Positions 15,030 through 23,042 of a DNA stretch of 24,000 nucleotides are shown here, piece by piece. The notes under the pieces were generated by a model. That model saw nothing but the letters and a program-made list of their open reading frames with translations, was not told where the DNA came from and did not search any database. This DNA is from Arcicella sp. LKC2W (GTDB lineage: Bacteria; Bacteroidota; Bacteroidia; Cytophagales; Spirosomataceae), in assembly GCF_034931005.1 (NCBI RefSeq), contig NZ_JAYGIN010000004.1, positions 343,960 to 367,959 of the forward strand, given 5' to 3'. The position numbers were made by a program, and so were the translations under genes. Numbering within the stretch: the stretch's first letter is position 1; each line of letters starts with the position of its first letter.

Positions 15030-16294
15030 ACCAATACCGAAAATAAATCAGGTTGTTCGTTAAGTTCTTGATAAACAATATTTTCTGCTTTCATTCTGTC
15101 GATGAGGGCAGCGTAATCTTCTCTGGTTTTTAGTTCTATTCCTAATAAAACTGGCCCTGATTCTCTACTTGTTTTCTTCTGATATTCAAAGAAAGTAATG
15201 TCGTCGTCTGGCCCTAAAACGTTATTCAAAAAGTTACGTAATGCTCCTGCACGTTGCGGAAAACGTACCATGAAATAATGTTTTAGCCCTTCGTAAAGTA
15301 AAGACCGTTCTTTGATTTCTTCGGTGCGAGTGATGTCATTATTGCCCCCAGAAACCAAACAAACCACATTTTTACCTTTGATTTGCTCCTTCATAAAATC
15401 CAAAGCCGCAATGGTCAAAGCTCCTGCGGGTTCGGCCACGATGGCAGATTCGTTGTATAACTCCAAAATGGTTGTACAAACTTTTCCTTCGGGAACAATG
15501 ATGATGTCGTCTAAATTTTTTTGACAAATCGCAAAAGGAATCTCACCTACTTTTCCTACCGCCGCACCGTCCACAAATTTGTCAATTTTATCTAATCCCA
15601 CCACATGACCTGCATCAATACTTGCTTTCATAGACGCCGCCCCCGCAGGTTCAACGCCAATGATTTTGGTATGTGGCGATAACTGTTTGAAAACCGTAGA
15701 AATCCCCGCAGAAACGCCTCCGCCACCAATGGCAAGGAATAAATAATCAATTTTTATATCGGCATCTCTAAAAATCTCCAGTCCGACAGTAGCCTGCCCC
15801 GTAATAACATCAATATCATCAAATGCCGACACGAAAGTAGCGTGATGTTCTTCACAATATTGTTTGGCGGCATTGGCGGCATCATCGTAAGTATCGCCTA
15901 CCATCATTACTTCAATATCGTTTTTACCAAACATTTTTACCTGCTTGATTTTCTGATTTGGGGTAGTTGTAGGCATAAAAATGGCTCCTTTTACACCCAT
16001 TTTGTGGCAAGCATACGCCAATCCTTGAGCGTGATTTCCCGCAGAAGCACAGACTACACCTTTATCTAATTCCGATTTAGAAAGTCTTGCCATTTTGTTG
16101 TACGCTCCTCTGATTTTGTAAGAACGAACAATTTGTAAGTCTTCCCTTTTCAAGAAAATATTTGCCTCATAACGCTCCGAAAGAATTAAATTTTCCATCA
16201 AAGGTGTGTGTACGGCTATTCCACGTAGTTTTTCAGCAGCTTCGTAGATGCTTTCTAAACTTGGTGCAACGATTGTTTTAGTTTTATTGCTCAT
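15026..16294 (-). CDS. ilvA: Threonine ammonia-lyase (threonine dehydratase), single ACT-like regulatory domain form
   Basis: PLP-lysine motif SYKIRGAYNKM, GGGGVSAGI glycine loop and a C-terminal ACT-like domain. I prefer the ATG at 16294 (MSNKTKTIV...). The ORF-track start at 16333 adds 13 basic residues not expected for this family. Confidence 0.9.
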   Translation of the reverse strand: MSNKTKTIVAPSLESIYEAAEKLRGIAVHTPLMENLILSERYEANIFLKREDLQIVRSYKIRGAYNKMARLSKSELDKGVVCASAGNHAQGLAYACHKMGVKGAIFMPTTTPNQKIKQVKMFGKNDIEVMMVGDTYDDAANAAKQYCEEHHATFVSAFDDIDVITGQATVGLEIFRDADIKIDYLFLAIGGGGVSAGISTVFKQLSPHTKIIGVEPAGAASMKASIDAGHVVGLDKIDKFVDGAAVGKVGEIPFAICQKNLDDIIIVPEGKVCTTILELYNESAIVAEPAGALTIAALDFMKEQIKGKNVVCLVSGGNNDITRTEEIKERSLLYEGLKHYFMVRFPQRAGALRNFLNNVLGPDDDITFFEYQKKTSRESGPVLLGIELKTREDYAALIDRMKAENIVYQELNEQPDLFSVLV

Positions 16295-16342
16295 GAAGTG
16301 TTTGTGTTTTGATGTTCGGGGTTTGAATCTCAAATTGCATCC

Positions 16343-16444
16343 AAATTAGACCATTGATAATACGGATTGGACTGATTTACACGGACTATAATAATTTTAA
16401 TCTGTGTGAATCAGTCCAATCTGTGCTATCTGTAGTCTAATTTT
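16343..16444. repeat. REP-like family A, inverted pair
   Basis: The left arm is aaattagaccattgataatacggattggactgatttacacgga. The right arm (reverse complement) is aaaattagactacagatagcacagattggactgattcacacaga. It lies between the end of the 144-aa lipoprotein gene and the ilvA start. Confidence 0.85.
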
Positions 16445-16501
16445 AAGGAGTTTTAAAATCATCGGATGCGTAAATCAATTCTACATTCTAAACATCGAAA
16501 A

Positions 16502-16936
16502 TTATTCTAAAACTATCTTCCCGTCACGGTCGATATTTGTTCTTTTGTCGAAATGAAAATCATAGAAACCTGCATTGCCCGATTGAGTGTCAACTTTTAT
16601 TGAGCTACGTCCCATTTCTAAGCCATCGTTGTCGTAAGCTTTGGCGGTAACTTTTCCTTTGAATTTTTTAGAGAAAATTAAATAGACACTCAAAAGATTG
16701 TCTGTTCCTCCATCTTTATCACTTTTCAGCGTTACTTTTCCGTTGGTAATCCCTTTATCGATGAGGGCTTCTGTATAAGTTAATTTAATGGCACGAGCTT
16801 TTTTTACACCTGTTTCAATGCCTTTTACCATTGTGCCAGCGGTTTCTCCAATTTTTTCGGTAGAGTTACTCAATCTGTCGCAAGATGAAACCATGGTTGA
16901 GAAAGCTAAAATACTGAGAATTAATACTTTTTTCAT
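16502..16936 (-). CDS. Small lipoprotein, unknown function (144 aa)
   Basis: Signal peptide plus lipobox VSSC. Beta-rich mature part. Clean ORF. Confidence 0.65.
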   Translation of the reverse strand: MKKVLILSILAFSTMVSSCDRLSNSTEKIGETAGTMVKGIETGVKKARAIKLTYTEALIDKGITNGKVTLKSDKDGGTDNLLSVYLIFSKKFKGKVTAKAYDNDGLEMGRSSIKVDTQSGNAGFYDFHFDKRTNIDRDGKIVLE

Positions 16937-17389
16937 GATGTTGGAATTATAGATTCTTCCTCCAAATTTAGTGAAAATAAATGGTTCATTTAATATTTAT
17001 CCGTTAGGGTAAAATATGACACTTTTGGCAATTACCGTTTAACCAATTTATAATCGAATTTTCTGCTTTGAGTCGCAGGAACTTTGCCAAAGGTTTTAAC
17101 TATTTGGAAGCGATAATTTGGGCGTAAAATTACTTCTATATATTGGGGGCTTATAGATATTTAAAGTACCATTTGCTCAATAATCTCTAATTTTATTTGA
17201 TTGTACTAAAATTTACAATATTTTTACATATCTCTTCTAAGTAGTTAATTCTTAAATACTCACCAGAATTAATATTCAGCATCACTAATAGGCATTTAAT
17301 TTTTTTACATTTCAACGATTGGCTATTCTCCCTCTGATTAGCACAGAGGATAGCGTGTATATCTTAGTAAACTTTAAACAATTTCAATC

Positions 17390-18292
17390 ATGAAAAAAAA
17401 CAATTTCTTACGTTTGTTAACCATAGCAAGCGTAACCGCCATGACTATTTGGGCTTGCCAAACCAACGATTTAACAAGTCCTGTTTCGTCAAATGAAGAA
17501 ACCAATGTATCAAGTGCCAAAGTGGCGGCTTGTCCTCCTGTGTATGCTTTGGTTTTATTGGGAAGTGCTGGCTCGCCTGTTCCTGCGGGTTTTGCATCGT
17601 ATATTTATAAAGTAAATCCTTGCTCGTCGCCTGTTGGTTTTACACCAGTTTCACAAATTAAAATTGGAGGTACTCCTGTGTATTCGGTAACAGGTCTTTG
17701 TGATATGTATGGCGTAGCTGATATGGCTTGGGCAGTTACGGGCATTAATTCAAATTTCCCTCAAAAATTGTTGAGAGTAAAAATATCAACTGGAGTTGCT
17801 TCTGTGGTAAGCACAACGACTGCTCCTTTGCAAGATATTGAAAACTATGGCAATACATCCTTATTTGTAGCCATTAAGGAAGGAACTTCCCAGCTTTTGA
17901 AAGTGGCAGTTCCCAGTGGAGTTACGACTATATTTGCTCCTGCTGGACCAACAGCACAATATAATGGATTGACTGTGGTGGGTACTAAATTTCAAGCTAT
18001 TTCGGGTTTAACCAATTTAATTTGTAGTCCAAACAGTGGAGATATTTTTGAGTATCCAAATACTGGAGGAGCCTATACAGGTAAATATTCGTATAAAAAT
18101 TTACCTGCTAATGGTATTTGGACGATGAAAGAATTAGGCTTCCATTTTGATAGTTGCTGTAGTAAACGTTGGATGGTTGGTAGTTCGTCTAATATTCTGT
18201 CTCACAATATAAATGTTACCGCTTGTTTGCCATCAAATCCCGTATTGTTATTTCAAACTCGCCCAATTTATGATTTCATGGTAAAACCCTAA
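17390..18292 (+). CDS. Cys-containing lipoprotein, unknown function (300 aa)
   Basis: Signal peptide MKKNNFLRLLTIASVTAMTIWAC. Seven further Cys in the mature part, including a CC pair. Repetitive beta-strand-like V/T/G-rich segments. I recognise no family. Confidence 0.6.
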   Translation: MKKNNFLRLLTIASVTAMTIWACQTNDLTSPVSSNEETNVSSAKVAACPPVYALVLLGSAGSPVPAGFASYIYKVNPCSSPVGFTPVSQIKIGGTPVYSVTGLCDMYGVADMAWAVTGINSNFPQKLLRVKISTGVASVVSTTTAPLQDIENYGNTSLFVAIKEGTSQLLKVAVPSGVTTIFAPAGPTAQYNGLTVVGTKFQAISGLTNLICSPNSGDIFEYPNTGGAYTGKYSYKNLPANGIWTMKELGFHFDSCCSKRWMVGSSSNILSHNINVTACLPSNPVLLFQTRPIYDFMVKP

Positions 18293-18341
18293 ACGAGAAC
18301 TTAAATTTTTATATTGGGGTTTAGTTTAATATGCTTTAGGC

Positions 18342-18389
18342 AGTAAGCCGTATGCAATAAGCAAGTTTAGCCTATTGCATACAGCTTAC
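18342..18389 (+). terminator. 17-bp stem hairpin downstream of the 300-aa lipoprotein gene
   Basis: gtaagccgtatgcaata (18342-18358) pairs with tattgcatacagcttac (18373-18389), 16/17 complementary, with a 14-nt loop. No T-tract. Confidence 0.5.
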
Positions 18390-18422
18390 GATATTAACCA
18401 ACCATTCACGATTATATCCCCG

Positions 18423-20183
18423 ATGAAAATACTATTACGTTATCTGAAAAAACACCAAACAACCGTTTTTGGAGCTTTGTTTTTAGCAGCAATCAATCAA
18501 ATTTTTTCTCTTCTTGACCCATTTATTTTTCGCAAAATTATTGACGATGTAGCAAATGTGTATCGCTCAAATACACATACCGTTGAAGATTTTTTACACG
18601 CTATTATTCCACTAACATTAGCGTCTATCGGAGTGGCATTTGTGAGTCGGGTAGCCAAAAATTTTCAGGATTATTTTATCAATACCGTTACTCAAAAAGT
18701 GGGGGCTCAAATCTATGCAGACGGTATTAGCCATTCTTTAGAATTACCTTATGAATCTTTTGAAGACCAACGTTCGGGAGAAACTTTAGGGAAATTGCAA
18801 AAGGTACGTACCGACGTTGAGAAAATTATCACCGTAGGAATTAATATTCTTTTCCAATCGGTTATTGCTCTAATTTTCATTTCGATTTATGCATTTTCGG
18901 TACATTGGATGATTTTGCCTTTGTTTTTGATAACGGGCCCACTCATTGCATGGATTAGTTCAGTGTTGAGCAAAAAAATCAAAACGATTCAGATTCAAAT
19001 CGTGAAGGAATCAACGGGTTTGGCAGGTTCAACGACCGAATCTTTACGTAATATCGAATTGGTAAAATCATTGGGTTTGGCAAAACAGGAAATTGCTCAG
19101 TTGAATGCCACGACTCAAAAAATCTTAAAATTAGAACTCAAAAAGGTGCGTTACGTGCGTTCAATGTCGTTTGTACAAGGAACGGTCGTAAACTTCTTGC
19201 GTGCGATGATGGTGTTGGTTTTGATTTATTTGATTTACGAAAACAAAATTACACTTGGACAATTTTACTCCCTGAACATTTATTCATTCTTCTTATTTGG
19301 GCCACTCCAAGAAATTGGTAACGTAGTAAATACTTACCGTGAGGCGGAGGTTTCACTGCAAAACTTTGAAGATATTTTCAAGATTCCAGTGGAAGTAAAA
19401 CCTGCTAATCCATATCCAGTGATTAGCATTGATTCGCTTGAATTTCAAGATGTTAAGTTTAAACATCAATCTGCGAATAAAGACGCTTTGCGTAAAATTA
19501 ATTTCAAGGCACAACGTGGCGAAACCATTGCTTTTGTAGGGCCATCGGGGTCGGGAAAATCTACTTTGGTGAAATTATTGGTTGGACTTTATCGTCCGAA
19601 AGAAGGAAAAATTTTGTACAACGGACATAATTACGACGAAATTGACTTCGACCAACTCCGTGAACGCATCGGTTTTGTAACGCAAGATACGCAGTTATTT
19701 TCGGGAACAATTCGAGAAAATTTATTATTCGTAAATCCAACGGCAACCGACGAACAATGTTTGGACGTATTGAGAAAAGCCGCTTGTCATACCCTTTTAG
19801 ACCGTGCTGAAAATGGCTTAGATACCATCATCGGAGAAGGTGGCGTAAAAGTATCGGGCGGAGAAAAACAACGTTTGAGTATCGCCAGAGCCTTATTACG
19901 TAATCCGAATTTATTGGTTTTTGACGAAGCAACCTCTTCATTAGATTCATTGACGGAAGAAGAAATTTCAGAAACCATCCGTGAAGTTTCGGAAGGCACA
20001 ACGCATTTAACCATCGTAATTGCTCACCGCCTCAGTACCATCATGCACGCCACCAATATTTTTGTGTTAGAAAAAGGAAAAATAGTAGAAAACGGCTCGC
20101 ATGAAGAATTATTGGAAAACAAAGGTTTGTACTATGCGATGTGGAGACAACAGGTTGGCGAAAAAGATTTAATCGAAGAATAA
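18423..20183 (+). CDS. ABC exporter, fused permease/ATPase half-transporter (MsbA/type I exporter-like)
   Basis: Six N-terminal TM helices. Walker A GPSGSGKST, signature VSGGEKQRLSIARA, Walker B LLVFDEATSSLD and H-loop IAHRLST. No N-terminal C39 peptidase domain. I prefer the ATG at 18423, because the TTG at 18375 lies inside the upstream hairpin. Confidence 0.9.
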   Translation: MKILLRYLKKHQTTVFGALFLAAINQIFSLLDPFIFRKIIDDVANVYRSNTHTVEDFLHAIIPLTLASIGVAFVSRVAKNFQDYFINTVTQKVGAQIYADGISHSLELPYESFEDQRSGETLGKLQKVRTDVEKIITVGINILFQSVIALIFISIYAFSVHWMILPLFLITGPLIAWISSVLSKKIKTIQIQIVKESTGLAGSTTESLRNIELVKSLGLAKQEIAQLNATTQKILKLELKKVRYVRSMSFVQGTVVNFLRAMMVLVLIYLIYENKITLGQFYSLNIYSFFLFGPLQEIGNVVNTYREAEVSLQNFEDIFKIPVEVKPANPYPVISIDSLEFQDVKFKHQSANKDALRKINFKAQRGETIAFVGPSGSGKSTLVKLLVGLYRPKEGKILYNGHNYDEIDFDQLRERIGFVTQDTQLFSGTIRENLLFVNPTATDEQCLDVLRKAACHTLLDRAENGLDTIIGEGGVKVSGGEKQRLSIARALLRNPNLLVFDEATSSLDSLTEEEISETIREVSEGTTHLTIVIAHRLSTIMHATNIFVLEKGKIVENGSHEELLENKGLYYAMWRQQVGEKDLIEE

Positions 20184-20187
20184 TATC

Positions 20188-20213
20188 AGTAGAGACGTTG
20201 CCTGCAACGTCTT
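20188..20213 (+). terminator. Left arm of the 26-bp perfect inverted repeat; a self-folding hairpin 5 nt after the ABC stop codon
   Basis: agtag-agacgttgc-ct-gcaacgtct-t: the internal 9-bp palindrome agacgttgc/gcaacgtct is followed by tttat. It is the exact reverse complement of 20540-20565. Confidence 0.6.
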
Positions 20214-20486
20214 TATCGCAACGTTTTGACCCACAATGTCTTTATCACAATGTTTTGACCCACAACGTCTTTATCGCAGTTTTGACCCACAACGTCTTTA
20301 TCGCAACGTTTTGACCCACAACGTCTTTATCGCAACGTTTTGACCCACAACGTCTTTATCGCAACGTTTTGACCCACAACGTCTTTATCGCAACGTTTTG
20401 ACCCACAACGTCATTATCGCAACGTTTTGACCCACAACGTCTTGATAGCAACATTTTGACCCACAATGTCTTGATAGCAACGTTTA
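20205..20486. repeat. Tandem array of a 29-bp unit, nine full copies plus one partial (consensus CAACGTCTTTATCGCAACGTTTTGACCCA)
   Basis: Copies start at 20205, 20234, 20263 (27 nt, AC deleted), 20290, 20319, 20348, 20377, 20406, 20435 and 20464 (partial). Copies 1 and 4-7 are identical. Copies 2, 3 and 8-10 are diverged. There are no spacers and no ORF. Confidence 0.95.
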
Positions 20487-20539
20487 ATTTAGATTATTCA
20501 ATAAATTTATTATGAATATTGTTGCCTGTAATGCCCTCT

Positions 20540-20565
20540 AAGACGTTGCAGGCAACGTCTCTACT
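20540..20565. repeat. Right arm of the 26-bp perfect inverted repeat; a self-folding hairpin 29 nt upstream of the MFS ATG
   Basis: a-agacgttgc-ag-gcaacgtct-ctact is the exact reverse complement of 20188-20213. Confidence 0.9.
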
Positions 20566-20593
20566 ATAAATATTGATTCTCAAACACGCCACG

Positions 20594-21754
20594 ATGAAAC
20601 GGATTTTACCCATTATTGTCATTTCTCAATTTTTCTGTACGTCGCTTTGGTTTGCAGGAAATGCCATTTTACCTGATTTAGCCAAACATTTTAATATTGA
20701 GGCGAATAATATCGCTCATTTAGTAAGTGCCGTTCAGTTTGGTTTTATATCGGGAACTTTCGTTTTTGCTCTTTCTGGACTGGTGGATAGATTTGTGGCT
20801 ACTCGTATATTCTTTGTTTGCTCCATTTTGGCGGCTTTGTGCAATATTAGCGTTGTGATTTTGCCAACAACAGAAGCTATTTTGTTGATTTCTCGCTTTT
20901 TAACGGGTTTTTTCTTGGCAGGCATTTATCCCGTAGGCATGAAAATAGCTTCCGACCATTACCAAAAAGGTTTGGGCAAATCGTTGGGTTTATTAGTAGG
21001 AGCTTTGGTATTGGGAACGGCTTTCCCGCATTTTTTGAAAGGATTTAATACCAATTATTCGTGGGAATTTGTCCTTTGGGCTACTTCTGGACTTTCGGTT
21101 TTGGGTGGTTCAATGATGTTAATTTTTGTACCCAAAGGTCAATTTTCATCAGTTTCTAAGAAAATTGATTTCAAAGCGATTAGTAACGGCTTTAAAATCC
21201 ACAATTTCCGAAGTCCAGCTTTGGGATATTTTGGACACATGTGGGAATTATACACTTTTTGGGCATTTTTGCCCGCCTTGATTTTGTCTTATAAAAATCA
21301 GCATTATCAAACAGATATTAATGTTGCTCAATGGTCGTTTGTGATAATTGCTTCTGGTTCGGTGGCTTGTGTTATTGGAGGTTATCTTTCTGAATATTTT
21401 GGAATGAAAACTGTTGCTATTTCTGCTCTTGGTTTGTCTTGTCTCTGTTGTTTGATTTCTCCAATTTTACTTACTTATGCCAATGCTCCTGCTTTATTTT
21501 GTTTCCTATTATTTTGGGGAATGGTCGTTATTGCAGATTCGCCATTATTTTCAACTTTAGTCGCTCAAAATGCCCCAGTAGCATCAAAAGGGACATTGTT
21601 GACCATTACCAATAGCATTGGTTTTTCTTTAACAATTATCAGTATTCAGTTTTTAGGACTATTGTCAAGTGTGATAAATACCAATTATTTATACACTTTT
21701 TTGGCTATTGGTCCATTGTTGGGGATAGTTATGCTTCTTAAAAAAGAATCTTAA
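20594..21754 (+). CDS. MFS-family transporter (12 TM)
   Basis: About 386 aa and highly hydrophobic, with the two-times-six TM layout and an MFS-like loop motif (RFLTGFFLAGIYPVGMKIASD). I prefer the ATG at 20594 over the TTG at 20573 in the ORF track. Confidence 0.8.
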   Translation: MKRILPIIVISQFFCTSLWFAGNAILPDLAKHFNIEANNIAHLVSAVQFGFISGTFVFALSGLVDRFVATRIFFVCSILAALCNISVVILPTTEAILLISRFLTGFFLAGIYPVGMKIASDHYQKGLGKSLGLLVGALVLGTAFPHFLKGFNTNYSWEFVLWATSGLSVLGGSMMLIFVPKGQFSSVSKKIDFKAISNGFKIHNFRSPALGYFGHMWELYTFWAFLPALILSYKNQHYQTDINVAQWSFVIIASGSVACVIGGYLSEYFGMKTVAISALGLSCLCCLISPILLTYANAPALFCFLLFWGMVVIADSPLFSTLVAQNAPVASKGTLLTITNSIGFSLTIISIQFLGLLSSVINTNYLYTFLAIGPLLGIVMLLKKES

Positions 21755-22413
21755 AATTTGAATTTATAGCCTAATCCAATAATCGCTCCAGATGATTCTG
21801 TTCCAACTAAATCCACATTAGAAAATACCGATACATCAACAGCATGGTGTTTGTTAAACTTATAAGAAATACCTGCTTTAGGGCGTATTTGGTCAATTTT
21901 TGCTCCAATTTCATAGAATATATCTCCCGAAATATAAGGCGTGAATTTCGACTTATTCGGATATGATATTTCTAATTTGTTTCTTAAATAACTGGTATCA
22001 AAATCAGTTTCTCCGTCATTATCTTTAAATTGACTTTGATAACGTAATCGGTTTTCAAATTTCAAAAAGCCTAATTTTCGTTCATAGGATAAATCTGCAT
22101 AAAAACGATGACGACTTTTAAACTCCTTTGTTTCATTTTTTCTTCGCTCAGTATAACGGTAGTTTCCTGAAATTTCAAAGTTTTTTAGAAATTTATAAGA
22201 TAAACCAATCTCTCCAATATAGGTCTGAGCATAAGAGACATTCTCTACAATTCTTGCTTGACCGCTGAGAGATACGGATAATTTTTTGGTTATTTTTTTC
22301 TCTACACTAATGCTATTCCACAAAGCTAAACCCTCATTTTGGGCATAGAGTTGATTGAAAGTGAATGTCAATAATAAGAGAATAATGAAAGGGTGAAATG
22401 ATGATATTTTCAT
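21751..22413 (-). CDS. Outer-membrane beta-barrel protein (220 aa; possibly DUF2490-like)
   Basis: Signal peptide ending YAQ. Alternating hydrophobic/polar strands, Tyr/Arg-rich girdles and a C-terminal GLGYKFKF with terminal Phe. It starts 2 nt after the upstream gene's stop. Confidence 0.65.
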   Translation of the reverse strand: MKISSFHPFIILLLLTFTFNQLYAQNEGLALWNSISVEKKITKKLSVSLSGQARIVENVSYAQTYIGEIGLSYKFLKNFEISGNYRYTERRKNETKEFKSRHRFYADLSYERKLGFLKFENRLRYQSQFKDNDGETDFDTSYLRNKLEISYPNKSKFTPYISGDIFYEIGAKIDQIRPKAGISYKFNKHHAVDVSVFSNVDLVGTESSGAIIGLGYKFKF

Positions 22414-22415
22414 GT

Positions 22416-23042
22416 TTATTTTTCGTAATAATACATAATCAGTTGTACAGAGTCTTTCAAAAAATCATAATCCTGGATTTCTACTCGATGAATATTTAGT
22501 CCTGTTCTTGCACTCAAATCTTCTATTAAAAGTTCTCTATTGGCAGGACTAATCAATCCTATTTTATCATAAGTTACTACTTTTGTATGTTCTTTTTTGA
22601 TAAGCCAACTTCCTTCTAATAAGGCAGTTATCAGTAATAAAATAGTTGTTGTAAATAGTAGCTCTTCCCAAGAATTCTTACTGATTGCCGAAATCAAACC
22701 GATAGCAATAACAATAAAAAGATAGGTCATGTCTTTGGTAGAAATCCCTTCAGTACGGTAACGTAGCATCGAAAAAACTGCAAACAAACCAAAGGCTGCT
22801 CCCATGCTCATTTCTACTTTATTGAGAAGGTAGGTAAGCAAAAATATAATTACATTGAACCCAAAAAAAGTAAGAAAATGGTCTGTCCGACGATAATGTC
22901 TGAAATAAATAATTCTGATTAAAATAAAAACTGCAATAATGTCAAATGCAAATTGTGTTAAAAATTGGGCTGACGAAGCACTAAGCCATTGAATATTCAG
23001 AAGGGTGTGGGATGAAAGTGTTATTGATTGTAAATAAGTCAT
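22416..23042 (-). CDS. Inner-membrane protein with soluble C-terminal domain (DUF4956-like)
   Basis: Four or five TM segments followed by an approximately 70-aa hydrophilic domain (KVVTYDKIGLISPANRELLIEDLSARTGLNIHRVEIQDYDF). Size and its partnership with a VTC-domain gene fit DUF4956. Family assignment is from memory. Confidence 0.6.
   Translation of the reverse strand: MTYLQSITLSSHTLLNIQWLSASSAQFLTQFAFDIIAVFILIRIIYFRHYRRTDHFLTFFGFNVIIFLLTYLLNKVEMSMGAAFGLFAVFSMLRYRTEGISTKDMTYLFIVIAIGLISAISKNSWEELLFTTTILLLITALLEGSWLIKKEHTKVVTYDKIGLISPANRELLIEDLSARTGLNIHRVEIQDYDFLKDSVQLIMYYYEK

Noticed and set aside
16295-16501. Ile/Val/Thr-rich leader-peptide attenuator upstream of ilvA
   Set aside because: The region is occupied by a family A palindromic repeat. 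I find no short ORF rich in branched-chain or Thr codons.
18375-18422. N-terminal extensions in the ORF track: TTG 18375 for the ABC exporter, TTG 20573 for the MFS gene, ATG 16333 for ilvA and TTG 96 for the TBDR
   Set aside because: 18375 lies inside the upstream hairpin, and an ATG at 18423 gives a normal MKILLRYLKK N-terminus. An ATG at 20594 gives MKRILPIIV. 16294 gives a family-typical ilvA N-terminus. The TBDR frame is open to the window edge. The shorter or longer alternatives were chosen on this basis, although the starts remain unverified.
20205-20486. Possible CRISPR array (29-bp repeats, a typical CRISPR repeat length)
   Set aside because: The repeats are directly abutting with no unique spacers. 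No cas genes or leader are nearby. The repeat is a dimer of a 14-15-bp sub-unit. It is a tandem satellite, not a CRISPR.
20188-20565. Autonomous insertion sequence or transposon bounded by the 26-bp inverted repeats
   Set aside because: There is no ORF inside, and I see no convincing target-site duplication (flanks aatatc versus ataaat). At most it is a non-autonomous element. That possibility stays open in the findings.
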